From Dudresnaya verticillata (lineage: Eukaryota): a stretch of 64,000 bases of DNA. Shown here piece after piece: positions 35,243 to 47,007 of the stretch. A model generated the notes under the pieces. It had not been told where the DNA came from. It searched no databases and saw only the letters and a list, made by a program, of their open reading frames with translations. Position numbers and translations under genes: made by a program. The first letter of the stretch is position 1, and each line of letters begins with the position of its first letter. Location: the NCBI GenBank assembly GCA_977862235.1, contig OZ374557.1, forward strand, positions 3,720,001 to 3,784,000. Direction: 5' to 3'.

Positions 35243-38200
35243 ATGTCAGGGGAGAAGACTGTGGAAGAATGAGCCGCAGCAGAAGTGCTGGCGCACTGTA
35301 AGTCATTTGTGCGCATTAAGGTGTAAGACGCCCACGCGCATCAAGCTGTAAGGCGCGCACAAGCACCGTGCGCTGTAAGGATGATGCGTCCCGCTGGCGT
35401 CCTTGCTGGCACCAAATTTGATGGCAAATTGCCATTGGGTAATTAATTGTGGCCGCTCACGCGGCCCGACGCGGTACTACCACTAATCCGTATTTATAAC
35501 TGACAACAGTATAATTAGATTAATAATATGCTCTGTACTTAATAGGCCCCTGAGTAGCAGGGGCCTCCTGAATAGAACCCACGGTGGGTTTCGGGTCTTT
35601 ACCCTTTTTCTGGAATTCACGGACTCACCGTAACCTCCCTTCCAGGTGCTTTACGAGCCTTGCCTCTACACGATGGTTGCTCTGTGCTAGCTGTGTGGCG
35701 CCGCCCATTTTCCCCTTTTCCCTTAGGCTCTGTGCCTTTCAAAGTCTCTACCAACCTTTTCCCGAGCTACCCAAGCTAGTGTGTTGTGCACCGTCAGGAC
35801 AGCTGTCCTTGCCGGTTGGCGGGTTTCTGTCTTGATGGGCCATACTACTACAAAGACCAAGCGCTCACCGTCGCCCTTTCAACCGACACGGCGTTCCCGC
35901 GCTGGTTCCACGACTAGGGCGCAGGGCGTGCTAACCGTTACGGATGCTTCGACTCAAGCGTCGGCTTCTTCCTCGGCGGCAGCGACGCGACCCGCAACGG
36001 GCGGTCGTACGAGCGTTGCCGTGACGGAACCTTCACCGGCTCCATCAGCGAGCCGAGGGTGGTCGGTCTATGATCCGAATCGGTTTGCTGCGAGCGCAGC
36101 CACAAGGACCGCGCTACCAGGGAGTGCAGCGACCCACCGTGACGGAGAGGCGCCAACCAAGGACCGCGATGATGCGTTCCATCGTGGTGGCGAGGAGCTC
36201 AGCTTGGCAGACCTACCGGCCATTCCGTTACGGGCACCATCGACACCGGTATCGACGCCGAGTCGTAGGATGGTGGCTAGTCCACATCCTTCATCAAGTA
36301 CACCGAGACGGATGCGTGGGCCCCCGCAAACCAATCCACCTGCACCGGGGCCTTGGTGGCCGGTGGTGCATACCCGTGACGGAGAGGGCCCTGTCCCGAG
36401 TGGTTATTGGCCGGGGTACCACTTTGATCATCGCGCGGGGCGCCCGGCTAGAACCAATGCGGAGAGGGCAAAGATTAAGCCCCCGATGACGGTGGACTAC
36501 TTCATCGAGAAATATCCAACCGTCTTGGAAGCAAGAAGGTACAAGGCCGTCATGGCACAACCCTTCAAGGCGAATCAACGCATTGGCGTTGTTCCGAATC
36601 GGGGAGAATTTGTATGGCAAAGCCGATGGTTGCATGGCTATTGTCAAGCGCGGACCTCTACCGTTTCGGATTTGTTGTGGTATCGCTGCCATGGGGAGGT
36701 AGGATATACCGCCAAGGTGAGTCACCTGTTGGCCAAAGGTTTCCGTCTCCGGGGTGCACCGGTCGGAGTGCAATTCATTTGCTTCGACCGCCCCTAGGAC
36801 CAGTCGGTATATTGGTTCCGCTATGCCGATGGGTGGAAGGACGATGCCGCGACGGAACACCGTTTGCGAACTCGTTCCCGTGATGGAATACAAGTTGGCT
36901 CGCCAATCCTGCAGACGTGGAATACTAAGGAGTTCTTCCATCTTCCGTATCGGGTGCGTCGTGAATTGTACCTTACAGCTCCGTCATGGTGGGAGCGTTA
37001 TGAGGTGACCCGTTGGTTGTCTGTCCCCACGCCTTCCGTCGTAGCATACTTCTCGGCGGACTTCCTCACCGAACGGGAGTGGAATCATAAGCATCCGAAC
37101 GGAGAGCGTCCCCCGAATCAGGATCAGCTCGATGTACTGTGGCGCATCTTCCGATCGGAATGGGCCATGTTGATGCTCTTCTCGTGGCTCCAAGTGGCCT
37201 ATTACGGAGTGCGGTATAACACCAAGTTAACCGACTGGCGATGCTTCCCACGGGATGAGGATGACCTGCCCGGAGGAGACTGTGGCCGTATTTCTCAACT
37301 TCCCGTAACGGTGATCGCCCTAATTCGCCAAATCGGCGTAGCCGATTTGGTGACGGGGTCGGCGTACACTCTCCATCGGGTGGAACGTCTTTTATCCGTA
37401 CACGGAGAGCAGGTTTGGCAACGCACTCCAGGCTTCTTGGGGTATAGTTGGGACGAGGACCGTGTCCTATCGGTGCCCCCGCTTAGGCCCGGAGTGGGTG
37501 AGCCATATTTCCTTCATCGAGAAGACCCACGTCCGGAATGGTTGGCATTAGAGGTGAAGGCCCATCGGGGCTATGCTCCTCGCCAAGCACCAAGGGATGC
37601 GTACCGTGACGGTTTGGGCGGGGCTGAAGAGTGGGGGAGCTGTCAGGAGGCAGCGGGGCGTTCGCGTACAATCGACCCGCGCGATTCCGTTTCGGTGAGG
37701 CAGCAAGAGGCTGACCCCTTCCTGGAAGAACAGGAGGAGGTCATGTCCGTGGCCTCAATGGCAGCGGGTAGCGAAAAGACCCCCGCTCCAATCCTTCCGG
37801 TGACCGCGACACCCACGTCGCGCGATGTGGATCGTGATACTAATACTCCCGTATCGGATAAGGCCCCAACGCCCATAAGCGTGGTTGCGCCGACTATGGC
37901 GGTGTACAAGCCTGCGGCACCATCCAAGGAGGGAGCCTCAAAGGAACAGACCGTTTCGGGAGTGGCGCCGGATACTGTGCCGGCGGCACTGTCTCCTGCG
38001 ACGCAAATGCCTGCAGCCGCTGAACCGCCCCCGCCAAGTGCTCCGCTGTCGGCGCCCACTCCCACGCCAGCGGTGAGTGAGGCACCGATCACCGTATCGG
38101 CAGTGGCTGCAAAGCGCCCAAGTGTTGGGGCAACTGGAGACAAGCCCTCGGTTCTCGCGTCAAGTCGTGAACCGTTACGGAAAAGCGATATCGCCTCGCC

Positions 38201-38384
38201 AGATAAGGACTTGGATCCACCGCTGCGGAATGACGTACCTTCACCCGAGTCGGGACCATCCGTATTGGTGGTTTCCTCAACGGAGCATTCACTCGAAGCC
38301 GGGGTTAGGGATAAGCCGTCGATCTCCCCGAAGGTACAGTTTCAAGAAGATGAGGATCCCCCTTTACGGTTCCGGCTCATCTAG
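35243..38384 (+). pseudogene. Antisense accessory ORF of element A (about 847 codons after removing the solo LTR; one internal TAG at 36795-36797); unknown function
   Basis: ccaccATG TCA GGG GAG AAG AC[solo LTR]C AAG CGC restores MSGEKTKRSPSPF. ORFs 35781-36797 and 36864-38384 are in the same frame, separated by a single stop. Confidence 0.78.
35260..35852 (+). mobile_element. Solo LTR of family B, inverted relative to element B, TSD AAGAC
   Basis: Reverse complement of the B LTR with an internal deletion of about 50 bp; TG..CA ends; AAGAC at 35255-35259 and 35853-35857. Confidence 0.95.
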
Positions 38385-38407
38385 CCGCTACGGAAAGTGG
38401 GTTACAG

Positions 38408-38689
38408 GTGCTGCGAGGCATTTGCCGTACGCAGCGCTTCCCATTGCCAGGATCCGTTCAGGAAGCGCTAACCTTAGCGGAGGGGCTAATGGAACAGATA
38501 ATTCATCTCCGCGCAGTGGTCCGTCGTCAGCGTCGGCGCATGGATAGTGCGATTCGCGTCTTGGGAGACAATACGCAGCGCGTATTCCAATCGGATCCGA
38601 GTGGGGAGCCCGGCTTACGAACGGGTCAGGGGAGCAACGAGGAAGATACAGTTGCCCCTGCTCCGAAGCGGCGTCGACGTAACTCTTAG
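38408..38689 (+). CDS. Short ORF (possible last exon of the A antisense gene): coiled-coil-like segment and C-terminal PKRRRR
   Basis: VLRGICRTQ...EALTLAEGLMEQIIHLRAVVRRQRRRMD...APKRRRRNS*; preceded by ttacAG. Confidence 0.4.
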   Translation: MLRGICRTQRFPLPGSVQEALTLAEGLMEQIIHLRAVVRRQRRRMDSAIRVLGDNTQRVFQSDPSGEPGLRTGQGSNEEDTVAPAPKRRRRNS

Positions 38690-38710
38690 AGTTACAGTTC
38701 GACGATCTCC

Positions 38711-41700
38711 TTAACGGTTTCCATTATGCCTCGATCTTAGCTTGCGATAAACATTGTGTGTTCTGCTTACACCCCAGCACCCCAACTGTCCGTTACGGTG
38801 AGTGACGTGTTGGATTAGCACGTCGCCGTGGCTTACCCTTAGCGGATTTCTTTTTTTTTGCTTCCAATATCGGTAGATGAAATTCCGCGGCAACTCCTCC
38901 GCGGGCTCAAACGTATCCTGCTCCGGAGGGTAACCATACCAGCGGACTTTGTATGTCATCCCAGTAGGTTCGTCGCGGTGACCGACAATCTTGTCGAGCA
39001 CATATTCCGTATCGGCTTGCAGTGGTTCCGTCGCGGAGGGATTAGTACCTTCAGAAGGAGGTACTACTGTAGTACCTTCTGGATGTGGCACTACTTCTCC
39101 GTAGACGGTTGATGGCGTGACAGGCGACACTGGTAAGGGTGCCAGCTGAACCGCAACTCCGATCGGAACCTTCGTTATGCGATCGATACTTACGGGGATC
39201 AATACCCCTTCCTTGCGGATTGTAACAACATGTTCCGTTGCGGATTCCACTTCATAAGGCCCCGTGGCTCTCGGAAGGAGTTTCTTCATTTCCTGAGCCA
39301 CCTCGCCCACATCATCCGGTTTGTCTTCCAATCGGTCCCGTTCACGGCGTTCGGCAGGCCGCAAGTTATGGGGCGGCCTGTCGACATAGACTTGATCTCC
39401 GTTACGGATTATAGGCCTAAAGCACACCTTAGGTCAAACAGTGTCTTGGCTTTTTGCTGAGCTACTGTTTGCTTAGTGCGCGCTGTCTGGAGCGCATACC
39501 GTAAACGGCGCATGGTGCTCCGCTTCTGTAGCACCGGGGTCATACGCCCTTCCGTAACGGTTTCTTGATGCTCGACAGGAGCCCCTCGTACAATAATGTC
39601 CGATGGGTGGCGTGTCAGTACCAAATCAAATGGCGTTGTTTCCGTAATACGGTGTACCTGCATATTGTACGCATATGTCAACGGTTGCAGGTACAAATCC
39701 CAATCGGAGTGATGATCCTCAACGTAATGGCGCAAACGCTGAGCGATTGTCTTATTAAATCGCTCAGCTTGCCCATTTGTCTGCGGATGGTAGGCAGCGG
39801 TGAGCAGGTGCCTGACTCCGAGTAAGGAACATACCGCGTCGAAGAACTTAGCAGTAAACTGCGGTCCATTATCGGTTAGGACAAATTGGGGTGCGCCGTA
39901 GGCGTACACCCAAAAGTCCAGAAAGGCGTTAGCCACCACAACGGCTGTTGTTGTCCGTAACGGAATACAGCGCGTCAGTTTAGAGAACTGATCGGTTATT
40001 ACCAAAACGTAGACATAACCCCGTTTTGTCTTCGGAAGTGGCCCGAGAATGTCGATAGCGACAAACTCCAAATGTCCGCTAGCGGGGAAAAGCTTCATAA
40101 ATCTTTGGTTCCGAAAGCGGGTTCCCTTTGTCTTCACGAAGGAGCGACATGTCCGAACGGATTCAAATACATCGTTGGCCATATGAGGCCAATAATAATC
40201 CTGTCGGAGTGTATAATACATCTTAATTCCGCCTGGGTGACCCGACATCAGGGTGTAGTGGGATAAATCCAATACCCGTCCACGGAGTTCGCCTGGTACC
40301 ACCTTCTGCAGAGCAGCATCCAATTGGGACTTGCGCACCAAGAATCCGTTACGGTCATAGTCAAACTGGGATCCAGGGGAGCCTACCGTATCGGCTTTGA
40401 GACGACAGAAAGGGTCTCTGGTTGCGCTTCGAGAAACTCTTCCCTGGTAATTGTCTCATCCTTAACGTCGGATTCTTGGATTACAGTAAAACGTGACGGT
40501 ATTGCGTCGGGCTTGTCGGGGAGGCGGATGCACTCCCACTGGCAGGCTCCACGGAGCATATTACGTTATTTTCCGTAGCGGTTTCTTGTGATGTGGGCCA
40601 ATCGGTTAAATATACTCCATGCTCATATAACCCGACGACGGTGTTTTCGGCGACAAAGCAAGGTATTTCTTCATCCAAAGGTCTATCGTCACCGCCATCC
40701 GTTCGGAGTCGCGACATCCCATCGGCGAGTTGATGCCTAATTCCAGGACGGTATTGCACCTCGAATTCAAATTCCGATAGGCGGAGCCTCCACCTGGCCA
40801 GGCGACCAGATGAGTCTGCGAGGTTCAGGATCCACCGCAGGGCATCGTGATCCGTTCGGAGAATAAACTTGTCACCGTAAAGGTAGGGTCGGAGTGTTAA
40901 CATGCTCCAGACCACGGCTAAGCATTCCTTTTCGGTTGTCGTATAATTTTTCTCCGCATCGGTGAGGCTTCGGCTCCAATATCCAATAGGGGGGTGATCG
41001 CCATTCGGTTGTTCCTGCAGAAGGACACAGCCGACTTGATGGTCACATGCATCAGTGTCCAACGTATATTTATATCCGTGACGGGGTAGAGCCAATATAG
41101 GTGGAGAGATAAGGCGTCTCTTCAGTTCCTCGAAGGCTTCATATTCCGTATCGGATAATATTCCAAACTCAAAGGGTGAACCCTTGCCGGTTTTCTTATT
41201 TAGCGGTGCTGAAATCCGAGCGAAGTTGGGTACAAAGCGACGATACACGTTGCACATTCCCAGGAAGGATCGCAATTCCGTTTGGTTAGTCGGCGGCTTC
41301 GTGACCTTAACGGATTGGATATTTCGATTATCCACTTCTAATTTTCCGGGACGGATAACATGCCCCAGGTATTGTACAGACGCGTTGAAGAAGTCACACT
41401 TTGACAATTTCAACGTTACCCCAGCGGATCGTAAAAGCGTAAGGACTTCCTTCAGGTGGTGGAAATGTTCCGTAACGGTTTTTGAGTAGACAATTACATC
41501 GTCTAGGTAGACGAGGGTAAATTGCCATTTAACCGTAGAAAGGATTATATCCACTGCCCGTTGGAAGGTTGCCGGTGCATTTTTCAATCCGAATGGCATT
41601 CTCCCAAAACGGTATAAGCCAAAATGAATAGTGAAGGTAGTTTTGTCCCTTTCCTCTTCCGGAATCTCGACTTGCCAATATCCGCTATTGCAATCCAGGG

Positions 41701-43132
41701 TGGTAAATACAGTAGCTTCCCCAAGGGAATCTATGCACTCATCCATCCTGGGCAAGGGATATGAGTCCCTAACCGTTACGGAATTGAGCCTTCTATAGTC
41801 AACACAGAACCGCATGGTGCCGTCCCTTTTTGGAACGAAAAACACGGGGCTGGCCCACTCCGATGAGGCTGGTTCAATTACCTTAGCGGAAACCATGCGA
41901 TCGATCTCTGTCTTTTCGAGTTCTCGCTGCTTATGTCCAGCACGGTATGGGCCTTGATATACTGGCTTAGCTCCGGGAGTTAACTCGATGCGGTGCTTGG
42001 CAGCTGTAATGTTGCCAAGATCGCCACTCCACATTGACTTATATTCCTCGAGTAGGGTTAAAATCCAGTTACGGAGCGATGCTTCTTCTGTGCCGATCTG
42101 GACTTGATCCTTCCAGTCGGTAGTATTTGTATTTTCCGTTACGGGTTTGCTTACTTCCTTGTCGTGAGGGGAGATGCTGCTGGCCTTCTCGGATGTAGGG
42201 ATAGAATTAAATGATTGAATAATTCATCCCCCCTCCTTAAATGGAGGTATACCGTCAACGGTAAAAATAGCAGAAGGGGCAGCAGTAGCGAGGCCCACGA
42301 CAGTAGATTTGGGCAACCGTACCGGCTTGTTAGAAACATTAGAGACCCAGATCCGAAACGGTGTGTTAGGTACAACATCCATAATATCATTAGCCATTAA
42401 CGTAAGGTGCTTAAAAGCCGGCTTAGGATTATTTTGTAGAAAGCATAACCCACCCGTGGGGGTATTGACCGTTACGGTGGTTTGAGTAATAGGGGGAATA
42501 AGGGTAGATTTCGCTAAACGAATTTTCTGAGAAACCGTAGCGGTAGAGAGAGGTGAGGGCTGTAGGGTTGCAGTGGTTCCCGTCTTCGGAATTTTGGCTT
42601 GACCAACAAGGGATACCGGTGGGTAATGATGAAAAACAACTTTCCGTAACGGAGGGAGGATTGTCTTCACGTAGCGGTCGATGAAGGTAGTTCCCAAAAT
42701 ACAGGGAGCCGCCAAGTTCGCGACCACTAGAAAATGGACGCGAGCACGGAGCTCTCCGATACGGACGAAAAGTTGGATCTGACCAATAGGGCGTATAGCG
42801 CGATCAGACGCATCCCGTAATGGAGGACTGGCTGCTGGGCGTATGAGTGGGAGCCATTGACGGGGAAGGCGCCGGGCACTAATGAGATTGGGCCCAGCGC
42901 CAGAGTCCAAGACGGAGATTAAAGGAAGCATCACGCTATCTGTCCGTCCCACGGTAATTTGCATCTTGTAATTTTGATGTTGCATAAAGCAGATAGTATC
43001 ATTGGTCTGATAAGCCAATAGGAGTTCCGTAACGGTATCTCGCTGATCCCCTGGCGGGTCCACACTCGCTAGAGGTGGAACGCCGTGAGGCGGGGATGGC
43101 GGCGCCCTTACGCATCCCCCCTTGCGTTTTCC
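38711..43132 (-). pseudogene. pol: pol of element A (PR-RT-RNaseH-INT-chromodomain), frameshifted
   Basis: LDSGAGPNLI, MPFGLKNAPATFQ, YLDDVI, TDACDHQVG, TDHDAL, SGHPGG, TDNGPQF, HPQTNGQAER, GPY, and chromodomain EYVLDKIVGHR..YKVRWYGYPPEQDTFEP. Confidence 0.93.
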
Positions 43133-45588
43133 GAATTCAAGGTTGCACCAGTCGGATCCGCCTCCACGGGCTCGCGCAATTCTGCGAGTTCCACTCGGTC
43201 ATGGTCCTCCACCGATAGTATCGGCGCATTCCGTTGCGGAGGGGGCATTTGCGGTCTGCCCCGATTCCCTTGCGGATTCGAACTGGTTCCTACTACGAAC
43301 CTGCGACCTACAGGGTAGTGCTTCTGGAAGTTGCGCTCGCGCTCTTCCATAAGCCTAACCCGATCGGAGTCATGTATCCATGGGCAAACAACGTGCTCTG
43401 GCGAAAGGCAGATGCGACAGTTACCACTTCCGTAAAGGCGTCGGACCCGAGGATCCGACTCATCCCGTAGCGGAGGTGCTGGTTGCTGCTATCCTCGCCC
43501 ATCGTGGGCATTATTTCCGTAACGGTGACTCGGCTTCTGTTGGGGGCCAGGAGCCGGTCGAGATCCACCATAGGGGGGACCTTGCGCGCGTGGAATCCTG
43601 GGCGGAGTAGGGTGGACGCTTTGCGGGGGCAAGGAGTACGGGGTAGAAAAGGTAACCCCCGTGCTCGTACCCGTAGCGGCACCGTGGCCTCCCTCGACGG
43701 CTAGCACTTGATTATCCGTAGCGGAAAGATTCCCTTGCGACTCATACTGTACATCAGATACGGAATCCAGCGACAACACCTTAGACGGGCGCGCTTTAGT
43801 GCGCCCATCAAAGACGTGAGCCGGAACGGTTTGGCGTCGAGCTGCCCGATGGGACTGACCCAGGCCAGTCGCATAGCGAGTGATGGCCTGATAATCCAAC
43901 TGGGAATGCGTCGCTAGATAATTTCTCATCTGTTGACGAGTACCCGGTAGGAGTCCTTCAACGAACAGTGACTTCAATGTCCGATCGGAAAATACTGTAC
44001 CACAACGGAGAGCCTTGGCCCAAAGCTGGTTCGAGTACTGCTCTTCCGTCATGGCGGATGTTTGCCTGAAGTTGCTGATATCCGTATAGGCTTCAGCAAT
44101 CACTTCATCCGTAGCGTAGGTTCTCAATAAAACGTTCACCACCTCGGCATATGTGCGGAGCATCTCGGACTTCTCCACGTCAACCGCCATGGTACCTCCA
44201 GCAAGCCTAGCCTGTAGAAGGGCTTCGGCCTGTCCTTTAAGGAAAAACTGGAAGCACCAGATGGCAACCCCTTCGGCGATGCCGTTGATGTTACAACCGT
44301 CACGGAACTTAGCGAGAAATCCCAAGACGGTAATAGGGTCCGTCCCATCGAATGTATGGGACGACATCTGGACGTCGAGTTTCTTCCGTATACGGCTCAT
44401 GTTCTTTGAGAACTTAGAGCCGTAGGTCTTACTCCTCTTATCCAATCGGTAGGTGCGGTAGTCCAGCGCCTTGACAAACTTGTCATGTAGCGGCCGGATT
44501 ACCTTCACCTTTCCGGATTTGGCACCGTGTTTTCTGGTCCGGTGCCTATTCTCTCTATCCGTTACGGAAGAACTCTCTGAGTCTGAATCCGTAGAGGTAG
44601 AGGAGTCATGCCTTTTTTCGCGTTTCCGCGATCTTCTGTTTCTCCTCTTGCGGCGGCGGTGTTGGCTATCCTCTGAGCTGCTCTCATTGAATTCCATACC
44701 GGATTGGTGGCGTCGTCGCTGGGTGTGGTCGCCCATGTGCGACCGACGGGGAGGGTCAGAGCGGGAGTGTCGGGCATCTCGTTTATGCCGACCTCGACTG
44801 GTCCTCCGGCTCGGATGGGGTGAGCTGGACGCGTCGCTGAGATGGTCGCTGCCTCCACCTGATCATTCCGGAACGGTATAGCGCTCTTGCTGATAGCGCC
44901 CTGGCGTAGGCACATCTACGTGTCCAGGAGAATACCGTAACGGTGGCTGAGTGTGTGTTGGTCCCGTAGGGGCGTATTGATGTTGAGAATCCGTTACGGG
45001 AGCCGGTGGCAGTGGCCCAGAGGGTACTGTGCCCGGCGGCAATCCCATAACGGAGGGTTGTTGCGGCTGCTGCGTTCTTCCCTCGACCGGGAATTCATTC
45101 CATAACGGTGGTTGCTCAGTGAAAGCTTCCGTAGCGGGAGGCGTTGCCATGCCGGGAGCAATCTGGCTCTCGAGCTCGGCGGCCACCTTTTCCTGTAGGA
45201 TCAAAGCTTGCACTATCCGAGGAAGGTGCTGCTCCAGATAGGAATTAACCAAAGACGGAACAGTTTCCGAGAGGGATATCTCCACCTCTTTTACCATTCC
45301 AGGTTGTACTTCCAATCGGAGATGCTCTAACACCCTAGGAAGGACCTCCGACAGGACCCAGTGGACCCGATGGGATTCCGGCTTGGGTTGCGGAGCTGCC
45401 TTCCTCGAGGCGTCTGATCCGACACGGGAACGGGGAGCTTTACCAGCAGCACGCTTTAGGATGTCTTCTGGGTTCTCCACTCCGTAACGGATTTCACCTC
45501 CTTCACTGCGCAGACTGCGCGCAGCGGGGGTAGTGTCACCCGCTTTTGGTTCCGTAACGGGAGGGTCAGCGTGTTCTTCGTTCTGCAT
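43108..45588 (-). pseudogene. gag: gag of element A, frameshifted
   Basis: Starts MQNEEHADPP just inside the PBS; FDGTDPITVLGFL capsid-like region homologous to B gag; ends ...ENARGDA*. Confidence 0.85.
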
Positions 45589-45713
45589 GATACCTTAACG
45601 GAACACAACGGTTGTTCTTGCTTGTCTATCCAATATTCCGTAACGGGTTGTCGGTACAGCCGAATTCCTACTGTAGCGGATTTCGACGGCTGTTTCTTCT
45701 AGCCGTGACGGTG

Positions 45714-45731
45714 TTCTAGGTCGAGAGACCA
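45714..45731 (-). promoter_or_regulatory. Primer-binding site of A (TGGTCTCTCGACCTAGAA)
   Basis: 5 nt inside the 5' LTR; 17/18 identical to the B and C PBS. Confidence 0.88.
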
Positions 45732-45736
45732 AAAGA

Positions 45737-46411
45737 TGTGGTGTAGTGAAAACCCACGAACTCCGAGACGGACAGCTGGCCTGACTTTCCTTAACGGACG
45801 AGAGCAACACTACCTCCACGGGGTGGTAGAGCAGTCCGCACCGAGATGGGAGAACAGCGAGCGGCTAACCGAGACGGATATTGGGAAGCAACAGACAAGG
45901 GGGTGGTATAAGTGCCGGGACGGACTCCGTAACGGTGGTGGTGGTAGACCCCGACGGGCTCGGCGCGGGGAAAACCATAAAGGACTGGGCTAAGGTTGCT
46001 TACCCGTTTACCTTAGGAGCCGCTGCGGTGCCGCCCTGATATACAAGTCAGGGTGGCACCGAGCGGTCCGGTCCGTGGGGGCCAGACCCTAGTGCTCTGG
46101 ACCCATGGTGGAATCGGCCCTGCTGGTCCCAATCTCCGACACGGACATGCGCAGCATTCTCATTGGCTGGCGCACTACTCTACACACTGAACAGATACTC
46201 ACTAAAAATAAAGAATAAATACTACAAATACTCCGATATGGTTGGTGCGCTTCACTGTTGTACAGCAATGCGTACCAGCGTACTGCAATGCGTACGACAT
46301 CCGACACGGTTACACGTTGCCCGATCATCAGCGTGGCGTATTGCCACATCACCCGTTACAGTTGGCTCGCCGTCGGCGTGCCGCGTGCGCGCCACGGCTC
46401 ACTTCACCACA
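45737..46411 (-). repeat. 5' LTR of family A
   Basis: TGTGGTG...CACCACA terminal inverted repeat; homologous to 21080-21754. Confidence 0.93.
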
Positions 46412-47007
46412 GTCGCGCGATGTGGATCGTGAGACTACTACTCCCGTATCGGATAAGGCCCCAACGCCCATAGGCGCGGTTGCGCCTACTATGGCGGTGC
46501 TCAAGCCTGCGGCAACATCCGAGAAGGGGGCCTCAAAGGAGCAGACCGTTTCGGGAGTGGCGCCGGATACTGTGCCGGCGGCACTGTCTCCTGCGAGGCA
46601 AATGCCTGCAGCCGTTGAACCACCCCCGCCAAGTGCTCCGGTGTTGGCGCCCACTCCCACACCAGCGGTGAGTGAGGCACCGATCACCGTATCGGAAGTG
46701 GCTGCAAAGCGCCCAAGTGTTGGGGCAACTGGAGACAAGCCCTCGGTCCCCGGGTCAAGTCCGGAACCGTTACGGAAAAGCGATATCGCCTCGCCAGAGA
46801 AGGACACGAATCCACCGCTGCGGAATGACGTACCTTCACCCGAGTCGGGACCATCCGTATTGGTGGTTTCCTCAACGGAGCATTCACTCGAAGCCGGGGT
46901 TAGGGATAAGCCGTCGATCTCCCCGAAGGTAGAGTTTCAAGAAGATGAGGATCCCCCTTTACGATTCCGGCTCATTTAGCCGCTACGGAAAGTGGGTTAC
47001 AGGTGCT
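46412..47007 (+). repeat. Fragment of a second family A copy (homologous to 37817-38412, tail of the antisense ORF)
   Basis: SRDVDRETTTPVSDKAP...EDPPLRFRLI* closely matches the end of ORF 36864-38384. Confidence 0.92.

Larger units (their letters stand above)
21080..46411 (-). mobile_element. Ty3/gypsy chromodomain-containing LTR retrotransposon family A (chimeric; hosts element B and a solo LTR)
   Basis: 675-bp LTRs at 21080-21754 and 45737-46411, PPT 21755-21770, PBS 45714-45731, gag-PR-RT-RH-INT-chromo on the minus strand. Flanks TACAG and GTCGC do not form a TSD. Confidence 0.88.
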
